From: Desulfurococcales archaeon | GTDB taxonomy: Archaea; Thermoproteota; Thermoprotei_A; Sulfolobales; NBVN01 | Assembly: GCA_027064885.1 (NCBI GenBank) | Contig: JAMOOZ010000044.1 | Location: 1 to 59,804, forward strand | DNA: 59,804 bases | Direction: 5' to 3' | In this document: piece after piece, positions 1 to 8,891 of the stretch | Position numbering within the stretch: the stretch's first letter is position 1 | How the letters are laid out: the number at the start of each line of letters is the position of its first letter | Position numbers and translations under genes: made by a program | Notes under the pieces: generated by a model | Seen by the model: the letters and a program-made list of their open reading frames with translations, nothing else | Told to the model about the DNA's origin: nothing | The model's database searches: none

Positions 1-26
1 CCTTCTTGATCCCATTCGCGCCACAC

Positions 27-509
27 TCACTCACCTCCTTGAGGTGTACTTTCCTCCCTTTTAACCTCGAGGTCCTCTCCGACCTTCTCCTTAGGTTCCT
101 CAGCTTCTTTCTCGGTTACTTCCTCGGCAATCACCTCCGGTCTCCCCTTACGCCTCTCAATGATCTTCTTCCTGAACTTATCGCTGAGGTCAAGTTTAAC
201 TATCATCACGTTTGAGGGATGTATCGGGTAATAAACGGGGGTTCCGTCAGCCTTCTTTATTGTTACTCCGTCAATGTGCAGTGCTATCTTTTTGTAGTCG
301 ACAGCCACAACCTTACCCTCGTGTCCTGTCCACTCTCCCCTCACTACCCGTACAACATCGCCCTTACGAACAGGTAATCTCTTTATACCAAGTTTCTCTC
401 GGAGTTCCCGTACTAACTTTGCGGTCATGAACTTCCTCCTAATATGGAGAGGGGCATTAATCTGTGCAAGGCGTTGCTTTCCAGGTTTTTTCGACTTTGG
501 CACCATCAC
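27..509 (-). CDS. rpl24: 50S ribosomal protein uL24 (L24/L26e family)
   Basis: KOW-type motif [23 protein letters not shown]; follows uL14 in the conserved spc-type order; acidic C-terminal tail ([14 protein letters not shown]...). Confidence 0.9.
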   Translation of the reverse strand: MMVPKSKKPGKQRLAQINAPLHIRRKFMTAKLVRELREKLGIKRLPVRKGDVVRVVRGEWTGHEGKVVAVDYKKIALHIDGVTIKKADGTPVYYPIHPSNVMIVKLDLSDKFRKKIIERRKGRPEVIAEEVTEKEAEEPKEKVGEDLEVKREESTPQGGE

Positions 510-521
510 TACTCCCCCACC

Positions 522-941
522 TCAAACAACCATTGACGCTATCGTTGATAGCCTAGCCCATCGTTCAGCGGCTTCCTTAGCTATCGGTCCTCTTATTTCA
601 GTGCCCTTAGGTGCCCCTTCCGGCGACACTATGACACACGCGTTGTCCTCGAAAGCAACCCACACGCCGTTAGGCCTCCTGAAGGGCTTTTTCTGCCTCA
701 CAATTATGGCATTCATAACCTGTCCAACCAAGTCAGCATTTCCCTTCTTTATCGTCACCACGACCATATCGCCCACCGTGGCGAAGGGAAGTCTCCTTAA
801 CCTAGTCTTAAGGCCCGGAACGCCTATTACCATAGCTTCCTTAGCGCCGCTATTGTCGGTTACTTTAAGTCTCGTGCCAACAACTATTCCGGGGACCCTG
901 CGAACCCTGCTATACGCAGCACCACCCTTCTTCTCCGGCAC
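522..941 (-). CDS. rpl14: 50S ribosomal protein uL14
   Basis: Typical uL14 sequence (...VGDMVVVTIKKGNADLVGQVMNAIIVRQKKPFRRPNG...IRGPIAKE); order S17-L14-L24. Confidence 0.93.
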   Translation of the reverse strand: MPEKKGGAAYSRVRRVPGIVVGTRLKVTDNSGAKEAMVIGVPGLKTRLRRLPFATVGDMVVVTIKKGNADLVGQVMNAIIVRQKKPFRRPNGVWVAFEDNACVIVSPEGAPKGTEIRGPIAKEAAERWARLSTIASMVV

Positions 942-942
942 C

Positions 943-1302
943 TTAACTCACCCCCCTCTTAAGCACACCTAGCACTACCCAAGACACTGACTTCGCTAAC
1001 GGGCGTGTCTCACCGATCAACACGACGTCTCCGGGTTTAGCGTCAATGCATGGCGGGAGATGAGCGTGAATACGTGACCTCCTTCGTTCATACCTCATGT
1101 ACTTCTTTATGTAAACGAGGTACTCCCTCTCAATAACAACGGTTCGCCTCATCCTAGCCTTAAGTACCTTACCGACAAGTAACCCTCCACGCACCTTTAG
1201 ATGCCCGTGCCACGGGCATAGTGGATCGTCGCACTCCTTCTCCGGCGGATTCAACCCCTCGTACTTTATTCCTACATTCCTAACCCTGCTTGACATACTC
1301 AC
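943..1302 (-). CDS. rps17: 30S ribosomal protein uS17
   Basis: RMRRTVVIEREYLVYIKKYMRYERRRSRIHAH...GDVVLIGETRPLAKSVSWVVL; conserved position. Confidence 0.9.
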   Translation of the reverse strand: MSMSSRVRNVGIKYEGLNPPEKECDDPLCPWHGHLKVRGGLLVGKVLKARMRRTVVIEREYLVYIKKYMRYERRRSRIHAHLPPCIDAKPGDVVLIGETRPLAKSVSWVVLGVLKRGVS

Positions 1303-1583
1303 ATCACACTCCCATACCTTTTCAACCTGTCTTCAGGCCTACCCATTATCCGGTCACCCTTGACCTCTACAGTGTGATGGTCACCGAGTTTAAAAAGGAA
1401 TACCCCACCCATTTTAGGCACGACTTTCCTGTTACCCTTGCTGTCCATGATGACTAAAGTGTTCATAGTCTCGTCGATAACCTCCCCCTTCATGCCAACG
1501 TAGGATTTGCTCGTATGGTCCTTCACCATTACTTCCAACCCTATCAATTCATGACATACAATATTCTTCTTGCTTCTCCTCAA
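1299..1583 (-). CDS. rnp1: RNase P protein component 1 (Rpp29/Pop4)
   Basis: Small Sm-like barrel ELIGLEVMVKDHTSKSYVGMKGEVIDETMNTLVI; located between L29 and S17 as in most archaea; 4-nt overlaps with both neighbours. Confidence 0.8.
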   Translation of the reverse strand: MRRSKKNIVCHELIGLEVMVKDHTSKSYVGMKGEVIDETMNTLVIMDSKGNRKVVPKMGGVFLFKLGDHHTVEVKGDRIMGRPEDRLKRYGSVM

Positions 1584-1807
1584 GATTTACTACCCTTCTT
1601 GCTCTGAGTTGATTTCAGTTCCTCTTCCTGCATTATCGTGAGTATCCTTGCAATGTCCTTACGAACCTGCTTTATTCTCCCGACATTTGTTAGTGTCCCG
1701 AGGTACGCTTGCGTCCTTAGCTTTATCAGCTCCGTCCTAAGCTCCCTTAACTTACGCATCCTCTCCTCTGGACTCATCCTCCTTATTTCATCGGGCTTCA
1801 AAGTCAT
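1580..1807 (-). CDS. rpl29: 50S ribosomal protein uL29
   Basis: 75-aa helical protein, EERMRKLRELRTELIKLRTQ; conserved position after uS3. Confidence 0.85.
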   Translation of the reverse strand: MTLKPDEIRRMSPEERMRKLRELRTELIKLRTQAYLGTLTNVGRIKQVRKDIARILTIMQEEELKSTQSKKGSKS

Positions 1808-2430
1808 GCCGCTTCACCACCTACGCTCTCCTCACTTGCTTCCTTAATCCTAACTATATCGTCCGGCTCACCCGGCTTTACTATTAAGACCTCTATACCG
1901 TAGATACCTGGTTTCCGTAGTAAGTGTATGACTGCCCTATCGGTGAGGTGCTCGATGTGGTGTCCGGTCTTGTAGACCTTACCGGCACGTATTTTCTCGT
2001 ACCTAGCCCTCTCCGAGGTTAACTTACCACTGATTACGATCTCCACACCAACGGCACCCGCACCAAGAACTCTTCTAAGGGCAACGAATGCCGCCCTCCT
2101 GAAGTGATAACCTCTCTCTATGGCTAATGCGAGGCGAGTTGCTACGATCCTAGCGTCAAGATCTGGGTTCTCAACCTGGGTCACTGTTATTTGCGGATTC
2201 TCTAACTTGAAGTACTTCTCTAGAATCTCCGTTAATCTCCTTATGGTTTGACCTCTCCTACCTATTATCAGGGCAGGCCTGTCAGCATATATAATTACCC
2301 TAGTTCCAAGAGGTGTCTTAATCAGCTCCACCTTAGAGTACCCTGCCCTCATGAAGTTCTTTGCCAGATACTCGTCAATCTTTATTCGAAGAATATTCAA
2401 GCCTATGAAATGTGACTTTATGTCAACCAT
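1804..2430 (-). CDS. rps3: 30S ribosomal protein uS3
   Basis: KH-domain N-terminus plus GVEIVISGKLTSERARYEK core typical of uS3. Confidence 0.93.
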   Translation of the reverse strand: MVDIKSHFIGLNILRIKIDEYLAKNFMRAGYSKVELIKTPLGTRVIIYADRPALIIGRRGQTIRRLTEILEKYFKLENPQITVTQVENPDLDARIVATRLALAIERGYHFRRAAFVALRRVLGAGAVGVEIVISGKLTSERARYEKIRAGKVYKTGHHIEHLTDRAVIHLLRKPGIYGIEVLIVKPGEPDDIVRIKEASEESVGGEAA

Positions 2431-2435
2431 TCACT

Positions 2436-2921
2436 TTACACCTCCTTAACTATTACCTCCATGTTAACCATGGTCCCAACCTTCGGGGTTGCACGACCGA
2501 AGGCGCGAGGTATCCACCTTTTAAGGTACCTACCCTTATGGACAGCTGCGTGAATTATGACTAGCCTATCAATATCTAGCTGCTTTTGCTCTGCATTATT
2601 CTCAACGTTTTTCAGTAATTTGAGAACAGTTTTAGCGGCTTTAACAGGATACCTACCTATTGGTGTTTTCCACCGTGGGAATCTCTGAGGTAGTCCCCGC
2701 TTATGGGCAATCTGTAGTTTATATCTAACATAAGGAATAGGGATTCTAAGCGCTATGACGTCCTCAAGCAATTTCTCGGCTTCCTTTAGCTTCATGCCCC
2801 GGATTATCTTAAATATCTCGTAGGTCTCCTTAAGTGAAATCGGCGCATCCCAAACCATGGCCTTAGCTACGCGATCTTCATCCTCCTTCTTCACCTTCAT
2901 GGAGTAGTGCCACACTGGCAT
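2436..2921 (-). CDS. rpl22: 50S ribosomal protein uL22
   Basis: Archaeal L22/L17e-type sequence (RFPRWKTPIGRYPVKAAKTVLKLLKNVENNAE...IIHAAVHKG); precedes uS3. Confidence 0.9.
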   Translation of the reverse strand: MPVWHYSMKVKKEDEDRVAKAMVWDAPISLKETYEIFKIIRGMKLKEAEKLLEDVIALRIPIPYVRYKLQIAHKRGLPQRFPRWKTPIGRYPVKAAKTVLKLLKNVENNAEQKQLDIDRLVIIHAAVHKGRYLKRWIPRAFGRATPKVGTMVNMEVIVKEV

Positions 2922-3050
2922 CGTCTCACCATCCCTACTGCCTAAGACCTTTTTAGGTGGGGCTTATAAGTTCATAAGTTTTACCCACGCGTGCGTAGAC
3001 TATGGAACTCTTAAAACCGCTTAATGGTAGTTAAGCGTAGGTGTGCAGTT

Positions 3051-4502
3051 ATGAGTCATAACATCCCACTGCGAAGGGTAGATAAGTACACGTGGGAAAT
3101 ACCGAAGGGAACCAAGTCCTGTATGAAGGTACCGGCAATAATATTCGCTGATGAGTACCTGCTAGGTAAAATGAAGACTGACTTAACGTTAGTTCAAGCA
3201 GCTAACATAGCGTGTCTTGACGGCGTTGTCTTAGCAACTTACGTGATGCCCGATGGCCACCAGGGCTACGGCTTCCCAATAGGTGGCGTCGCCGCCATGA
3301 AGGCTGACGGAGGCGTGATCTCGCCGGGAGGAGTTGGTTACGACATAAACTGCGGTGTTAGGCTACTTTCAACCGAGTTAAGAGTCGACGACGTAAAGCC
3401 GAAGCTAAAGGAACTCGTCGACACAATCTTCAGGAACGTACCATCCGGTGTTGGAAGCACAGGAAAACTTAGGTTAAGCTTCAGCGAACTCGATAAGGTT
3501 CTTAATGAGGGAGCCCGGTGGGCTGTAAGAAACGGTTTTGGCTGGGCCGACGATACCGAGCATATAGAGGCTCAAGGTCGGATACCTTGGGCTGACGCAA
3601 GCAAGGTAAGTAACACTGCTAAGAGAAGAGGTGCTCCCCAGCTAGGCACATTAGGTGCTGGGAACCACTTCCTGGAAATCCAGGTAGTAGATAAGATCTA
3701 CAATCCCGCCATAGCTAAGGTACTAGGGATTCACGAGGAGGGGCAAGTCACCGTAATGGTTCACACAGGGTCAAGAGGTCTTGGACATCAGGTAGCCAGC
3801 GACTACCTAATAATTATGGAAAGAGCAATGCGCAAGTACGGAATAAGGCCCCCGGACAGGGAACTTGCTTCAGTCCCCTTCAACAGTAAGGAGGGGCAAG
3901 ATTACTTCAAGGCCATGGGCGCAGCAGCAAACTTTGCTTTTGCCAACAGGCAAATAATAACACATTGGGTCCGCGAGTCCTTCGGTAAGGTATTCCACAC
4001 TGACCCGGACAAACTAGGGTTGAAGATAATATATGACCTAGCACACAACATCGCTAAGCTCGAAGAACATGAAGTGGACGGAAAGAGAATGAAACTCGTG
4101 GTCCACAGGAAAGGAGCAACAAGGGCGTTCCCGCCGGGCCACCCAGAGATACCGAAGGACCATAAGTCAATAGGACAGGTGGTACTGATACCGGGTTCCA
4201 TGGGGACAGCTAGCTACGTTATGGTGGGAGTACCTGAAGGGAAACGCACGTTCTACTCAGCAGCGCACGGAGCTGGCAGGTGGATGTCGAGACACGCAGC
4301 AATAAGAACGTACAGACCTCAAGAGGTTACCTCCAGCCTAGCTAAGCAAGGCATATACCTCCACGCAGCAACGAGGAGAGTAATAAGCGAGGAGGCGCCT
4401 GGTGCATACAAGGACGTAGACAGGGTAGCGATGGTAACTCATCAAGTAAAAATAGCAGCGCTAGTCGCTAGGCTCAAACCGATCGGGGTTGTCAAAGGTT
4501 AA
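3051..4502 (+). CDS. rtcB: RNA-splicing ligase RtcB
   Basis: Strong RtcB family sequence (GGVGYDINCGVR, GAGNHFLEIQ, HTGSRGLGHQV, SAAHGAGR); start moved to the ATG at 3051 (the ORF track begins at 3024). Confidence 0.93.
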   Translation: MSHNIPLRRVDKYTWEIPKGTKSCMKVPAIIFADEYLLGKMKTDLTLVQAANIACLDGVVLATYVMPDGHQGYGFPIGGVAAMKADGGVISPGGVGYDINCGVRLLSTELRVDDVKPKLKELVDTIFRNVPSGVGSTGKLRLSFSELDKVLNEGARWAVRNGFGWADDTEHIEAQGRIPWADASKVSNTAKRRGAPQLGTLGAGNHFLEIQVVDKIYNPAIAKVLGIHEEGQVTVMVHTGSRGLGHQVASDYLIIMERAMRKYGIRPPDRELASVPFNSKEGQDYFKAMGAAANFAFANRQIITHWVRESFGKVFHTDPDKLGLKIIYDLAHNIAKLEEHEVDGKRMKLVVHRKGATRAFPPGHPEIPKDHKSIGQVVLIPGSMGTASYVMVGVPEGKRTFYSAAHGAGRWMSRHAAIRTYRPQEVTSSLAKQGIYLHAATRRVISEEAPGAYKDVDRVAMVTHQVKIAALVARLKPIGVVKG

Positions 4503-4507
4503 ACACG

Positions 4508-4903
4508 ATGCCAGTAATCAAGCCAGCATACGTACGTAGAGACAGATTTTTTCATAAGTGCAAGATTGTAACATCCCCAAGGAATGTACGCATCATAATC
4601 TATCCAGACATAAGTAACAGACTTGTTAAGATAAAGGGACAACTCTCAATAAGGGAGCTACATACTCTCTTATCAAGCAAAGGCATCACGGAACTGGAGG
4701 TCCATGCAAGTGACGTCCTCAACATCCGTAAGTACCCCCTGAGAAGGACACGGAGAGATCTTGCTGGCTTATTCCCCGAGGAGGTTAGCGGAAACGTATC
4801 AGAGGTACTAATAAAGCTAAGAAGTGGTAGGGAAATCTGTTTAATCCTTTTCGAGAGGGACGTTGGCAGACTCGTAAAAAGCCTGAAGAAATATGTTGAT
4901 TAA
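4508..4903 (+). CDS. hypothetical basic protein, co-oriented 5 nt downstream of rtcB
   Basis: 131-aa ORF with no overlapping better frame; 5 intervening nt (4503-4507) after the rtcB stop; no family recognised (not archease-like). Confidence 0.5.
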   Translation: MPVIKPAYVRRDRFFHKCKIVTSPRNVRIIIYPDISNRLVKIKGQLSIRELHTLLSSKGITELEVHASDVLNIRKYPLRRTRRDLAGLFPEEVSGNVSEVLIKLRSGREICLILFERDVGRLVKSLKKYVD

Positions 4904-4922
4904 ATGCAAGAGATGCTTATGC

Positions 4923-5408
4923 TTACTTCATTGCAACGAACAGTGTTGACCTAGTTGCCTTCAGGCCCGGCTCTCCATGCTGCACTATCTTGGTTGTTGG
5001 CGCGAACTCCCCTAGATAATGTCCTATCATTTCAGGCGTTATTCTCACTGGTATGAATTCTTTACCATTATACACTTCAATTGTGAGTCCGACCATTACC
5101 GGCAGTATTATCATGTCCCTAACATGTGTCCTTATGCGAACTTTCTTGCCTTGCTTCAGTAGTTCCCTAGCCTCCATGACCTTCCTAAGCAACTTTAGCC
5201 TAGGGGAATCCTTAATACCCATCTCCATCCTTCTCTGCTGTATCTCAGGGGAGGATTCCCTGAGTAGTGATCTCCTTGCCCTCGAAGGCAGTAATTCCAG
5301 TAACCGATCCATAGGCATGTTCAGTAGTTCCTCGAGAGTCTTTCCTCTGTACCTAAACTTCCTCCACTCCGGCGGTACCTCGATGTCGAGCGCCACTCTA
5401 CGCACCAA
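4923..5408 (-). CDS. rps19: 30S ribosomal protein uS19
   Basis: C-terminal core [34 protein letters not shown] is diagnostic; about 15-20 aa longer than the archaeal S19 sequences I recall. Confidence 0.9.
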   Translation of the reverse strand: MVRRVALDIEVPPEWRKFRYRGKTLEELLNMPMDRLLELLPSRARRSLLRESSPEIQQRRMEMGIKDSPRLKLLRKVMEARELLKQGKKVRIRTHVRDMIILPVMVGLTIEVYNGKEFIPVRITPEMIGHYLGEFAPTTKIVQHGEPGLKATRSTLFVAMK

Positions 5409-5467
5409 CCCGTCTTTACTTTGCGAGCTTTATTAGTTTTCCTCTCTCATCCTGCCAACACTTAAGG

Positions 5468-6343
5468 TTATTTCTTAGACCATAACTCCGTGTTTATCTG
5501 AGCCAGAACGGCGTGTAGAGCTTCAATAGTTCGTACTGAGAGCACTCCTTGCCCTGGGATAAAGTTCACTCTCCATACCGGTTCAAGGGCTGAAAACCTT
5601 TCCCTGCCAAGGATTTCATCGAAGTCCAACTTGTTATTACCAAAGAGTAGGACCAGCCCTTCACTCCGCAGTGCCTCACTCAGCAGGGATTTCCTTAGTC
5701 CTCGCTTGGAAAAACTTTCACCCTGCTTAGACGTTAAAACGATTGTGCCCTTGAAATACTTGATCGCGTTCACTATGTCGTCTCCTGCTCTCAATACCCT
5801 ATAACCTACGTATTCATCTATCTCTTCCGGCCTTACTTCACGACACTTCATGGGCTTGGCGCGTTCAATTCTAACTAGGATCCGTTCTCTCGGCTTAAGT
5901 TCCCGAGACGATTCGGTAAAGCAAAGGTTCTTTGACCCCACAAATGTCTTAGCTGTTGTACCCCATGAGACTACCACGACTCCCTCCCTAAGGTCACCAC
6001 GAGCAGGTGCTTTGTTTGCAGGATTGTGAGTAACTATGTTAAGTGGGTGCAGAAGCCCTGCATACCTTAATTCAGGTGTTATCGGGACTATCCTTTTTCG
6101 AAGGTAGGGTGGAACCTGCAGGTAGCTTAACAAGGTTGCTAAGAGGTCAGCATCACCTTCTCCGGCGAACTCATCATCGTATATTATAACGTCATTGACC
6201 TTATACATCGCTAAGATACGTCCGAGTTCGCCCGCGAATTCCGTCTTCTCTCGAAGCGTAGGCAGTATTGATAGGTTGGATGCAGGTATAACCACTACCA
6301 CATGTACTGGGTGCTTCCGAGGAGGCCATACAAAAGCTTTCAA
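5468..6343 (-). CDS. SPOUT-class putative RNA methyltransferase (DUF171 / Methyltrn_RNA_3, C9orf114-like)
   Basis: VVVIPASNLS...LREKTEFAGELGRILAMYKVNDVIIYDDE, LSYLQVPPYLRK, inserted OB-like segment, C-terminal LLFGNN...NFIPGQGVLSVRTIEAL match my memory of the family pattern. Confidence 0.65.
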   Translation of the reverse strand: MKAFVWPPRKHPVHVVVVIPASNLSILPTLREKTEFAGELGRILAMYKVNDVIIYDDEFAGEGDADLLATLLSYLQVPPYLRKRIVPITPELRYAGLLHPLNIVTHNPANKAPARGDLREGVVVVSWGTTAKTFVGSKNLCFTESSRELKPRERILVRIERAKPMKCREVRPEEIDEYVGYRVLRAGDDIVNAIKYFKGTIVLTSKQGESFSKRGLRKSLLSEALRSEGLVLLFGNNKLDFDEILGRERFSALEPVWRVNFIPGQGVLSVRTIEALHAVLAQINTELWSKK

Positions 6344-6421
6344 CTCAACTCAACTCCAGCACTTGTCTAATATTACCTCGCCAGCTTGCTAGTTTAAATG
6401 CGTAAAAACCTTAGTGATGGC

Positions 6422-6559
6422 TTACCTCTTCCTTCTCTTACCCCTACCTCTCTGCCTCCCTTTCTCCTGTTCCTTCTTCTTTTCTTCCTTTATTCCACCA
6501 ACACCCATGAAGAGCGTTGTTTTCTGGCGACCACCCATACCCTTACTACCTCCTGTCAT
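6422..6559 (-). CDS. candidate 45-aa K/R-rich micro-protein (below the ORF-track cutoff)
   Basis: Own translation of the minus strand: MTGGSKGMGGRQKTTLFMGVGGIKEEKKKEQEKGRQRGRGKRRKR, stop TAA at 6424-6422; A/T box ccttaataagg (6573-6583, minus sense) upstream; an alternative start at M8 (6538) is possible. Confidence 0.3.
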   Translation of the reverse strand: MTGGSKGMGGRQKTTLFMGVGGIKEEKKKEQEKGRQRGRGKRRKR

Positions 6560-6594
6560 AGCTTATTACCCGCCTTATTAAGGTAAGTGTGAAA

Positions 6595-6649
6595 GTGAAT
6601 GATGTGTTTGCCGAGTTCTGATGGGTGATGTGGGGACATAGGCTGACAC
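6595..6649 (+). ncRNA. C/D-box sRNA candidate (sR-a)
   Basis: gug-a-AUGAUGU(6599-6605)-12 nt-CUGA(6618-6621)-ugg-GUGAUGU(6625-6631)-11 nt-CUGA(6643-6646)-cac; GUG/CAC terminal stem; intergenic. Confidence 0.65.
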
Positions 6650-6723
6650 AACCTTACAAAAAGCATTATAAGCTAAGGATTTAAAGCCAGATAGCAGACA
6701 CTTGGAGGTAGTGGTGTGGAGGT

Positions 6724-7776
6724 ATGGCACGACGGAAGCACTCAGCGCCACGTAGGGGTAGCCTAGGGGTAAGACCTAGAAAGAGGGCATCCAAGTTTGT
6801 GCCTAGAGTGAAGACTTGGCCGGAAGTGAACTTTGATGAGCCCAGACCCCTAGGGTTCTTAGGTTACAAGGTTGGGATGACCCACATAATAATGATTGAC
6901 GATAGGCCTGGAACACCAACATATGGAAAGGAAATATTCGTTCCAGTAACCGTGATCGAGACGCCCCCGATGCTTCCTGTTGCGGCAAGATTCTACGAAG
7001 CAACCGTTGGCGGACTGAGGACACTTACAGAAGTCTGGACACAGCCCCCCGAGGAGCTCCAGATAAAGCGAAGAATAAAGTCACTGAAGGTAAGTGAAGA
7101 GAACGCTGAGAAGGCACGTAAGAAGCTAGAGAACAATAAGGACTACATTGCTAGGGTTTCCTTAATTCTAGCATCGCAACCACGGTTAACTGGAGGCCTC
7201 AGCAAGAAGATTCCCGATATCGTGGAGGTTAAGGTGGGTGGAGGAAACATAGAAAATCAGGTACGGTACGCGTTAAACATTCTTGGAAAGGCCTTGAAGA
7301 TTTCAGACGTATTCCGTGAAGGCCAATTCATAGACGTAATAGGGGTGACTAAGGGTAAAGGATTCCAAGGCGTAGTAAAAAGGTTCGGCGTCAAGGAGCT
7401 ACCGAAATGGAACAAACAAAGGAAAGGATCAAGAAGAATAGGTGCCAGGAGCCCAGGCATTGGCGCGATCAGCCCTGTGCCACAGGCTGGTCAAATGGGC
7501 ATGCATAGAAGGACGGAATACAATAAAAGGATCATAGCTATGAGAATAGTAAGCGATAAGACTGCCGAGGAGGCGGAAAAGATCTTACGCGAGTTTACGC
7601 CAGTAAGCGCATTCCCACATTATGGCCTCTTAAGGACAGACTACATCGTTGTTAGGGGGAGCGTGCAGGGAACACCTAAACGCCCGCTTGTACTGCGATG
7701 GCCCGTAAGGCCGCCTAAATGGGTTCCTGAGCAGGCACTTAAGGTAATTTACGTAAGCTTAGAAAGCAAAATCTGA
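6724..7776 (+). CDS. rpl3: 50S ribosomal protein uL3
   Basis: PRRGSLGVRPRKRA..., GYKVGMTH, VTKGKGFQGVVKRFGV typical of archaeal L3; GGAGGT immediately upstream of the ATG. Confidence 0.93.
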   Translation: MARRKHSAPRRGSLGVRPRKRASKFVPRVKTWPEVNFDEPRPLGFLGYKVGMTHIIMIDDRPGTPTYGKEIFVPVTVIETPPMLPVAARFYEATVGGLRTLTEVWTQPPEELQIKRRIKSLKVSEENAEKARKKLENNKDYIARVSLILASQPRLTGGLSKKIPDIVEVKVGGGNIENQVRYALNILGKALKISDVFREGQFIDVIGVTKGKGFQGVVKRFGVKELPKWNKQRKGSRRIGARSPGIGAISPVPQAGQMGMHRRTEYNKRIIAMRIVSDKTAEEAEKILREFTPVSAFPHYGLLRTDYIVVRGSVQGTPKRPLVLRWPVRPPKWVPEQALKVIYVSLESKI

Positions 7777-7791
7777 GCCGGGTGGTGAGTG

Positions 7792-8610
7792 ATGGCGTAC
7801 AGGATAGTGTGGCTCGGATTAAGGAAAGGCTTAGGGAAACGAGTACCTGTCTACGGACTAGATGGAACTCCAGTTAAGGAAGTCGAGCTACCTTTGGTCT
7901 TTAGCCTACCAGTGAGGAAGGACCTAATAAGGAGGGCATTCCATTCTGCCCACACGGCGCGGCTCCAGCCTAAAGGTAGAGACCCCCTAGCTGGCATGAG
8001 GAGGGCTGGTGAGTCATGGGGTATTCACCACAGCGTTGCAAGAGTTCCGAGGCTTGATAATGGACGTGCCGTAATAGCTCCAATGACTCGTGGCGGAAGG
8101 CTCGCTCATCCACCAAGGGTTGAGAAGGTGCTTCGTGAGGAGATAAATAAGAAGGAACGTATTAGAGCGATAGCTTCAGCAATTGCCGCAACATCCAGAG
8201 AGGAGCTAGTCAGGGCAAGAGGCCATAAGTTCAGTATGGAAACCCTACCCGTGATTGTTGTGGACGACCTAGAGAGCGTGAGTAGCACTGCTGAAGCTAA
8301 GAAAGCGCTACAGAACATAGGTCTTTGGGAAGATGTTGAAAGAGCCGCTACAAGGAAGCGGGTAAGGAGCGGGAAAGGAAAGATGAGAGGAAGGAGATAT
8401 AAGGTTCCCAAATCCCTGCTTATAGTTGTGTCGAGTCACGATGTCCCTGCAGTAAAAGCCTTCAGGAACCTGCCCGGCGTGGACGTGATCTCTGTCGACA
8501 ACATAAGCGTGTTACACCTCGCACCCGGCGGTGTTCCAGGTAGGTTGACAGTGTATAGCCTTTCAGCCTTATCAAAGATAGGAGAAAAGTTTGAGGTGAT
8601 TTCAACATGA
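7792..8610 (+). CDS. rpl4: 50S ribosomal protein uL4
   Basis: L4/L1e family ([28 protein letters not shown]...); follows L3; ATG at 7792 preferred over GTG at 7789. Confidence 0.9.
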   Translation: MAYRIVWLGLRKGLGKRVPVYGLDGTPVKEVELPLVFSLPVRKDLIRRAFHSAHTARLQPKGRDPLAGMRRAGESWGIHHSVARVPRLDNGRAVIAPMTRGGRLAHPPRVEKVLREEINKKERIRAIASAIAATSREELVRARGHKFSMETLPVIVVDDLESVSSTAEAKKALQNIGLWEDVERAATRKRVRSGKGKMRGRRYKVPKSLLIVVSSHDVPAVKAFRNLPGVDVISVDNISVLHLAPGGVPGRLTVYSLSALSKIGEKFEVIST

Positions 8611-8870
8611 GGGATCCAGCTACCGTAATAAAGAGGATTGTGGCTACTGAAAAAGCCTTAAGTTATATTGAGACCACCAATACCTTAACTTTCATAGTTG
8701 ACTTAAAGGCAACTAAACATGAAGTTAAGAGGGCGGTCGAGGAACTCTTCGATGTTAAGGTTGAAAAGGTCCGCACGCTAATCACTCCTAAGGGTGAAAA
8801 GAAAGCCTACGTCAGGCTCGCTCCAGAATACAAGGCCAGCGAGGTGGCAACTCGCCTAGGCATAATCTGA
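8607..8870 (+). CDS. rpl23: 50S ribosomal protein uL23
   Basis: [45 protein letters not shown]; 4-nt overlap with L4. Confidence 0.9.
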   Translation: MRDPATVIKRIVATEKALSYIETTNTLTFIVDLKATKHEVKRAVEELFDVKVEKVRTLITPKGEKKAYVRLAPEYKASEVATRLGII

Positions 8871-8891
8871 TCATGATGGGAGGTGTGACCC

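Noticed and set aside
140-215. GUGAUGA on the minus strand inside the L24 gene
   Set aside because: No D or D' box at appropriate spacing, and it is inside a CDS. Chance occurrence.
427-972. 181-aa plus-strand ORF across the L24/L14 genes
   Set aside because: Antisense to two unambiguous ribosomal protein genes, with no recognisable features. Shadow ORF.
6398-6586. 62-aa plus-strand ORF (L/P/S/T/F-rich)
   Set aside because: The composition looks like the complement of a purine-rich K/E/R/G-coding strand. The minus-strand 45-codon ORF (6422-6559), or simply non-coding DNA, is the better explanation.
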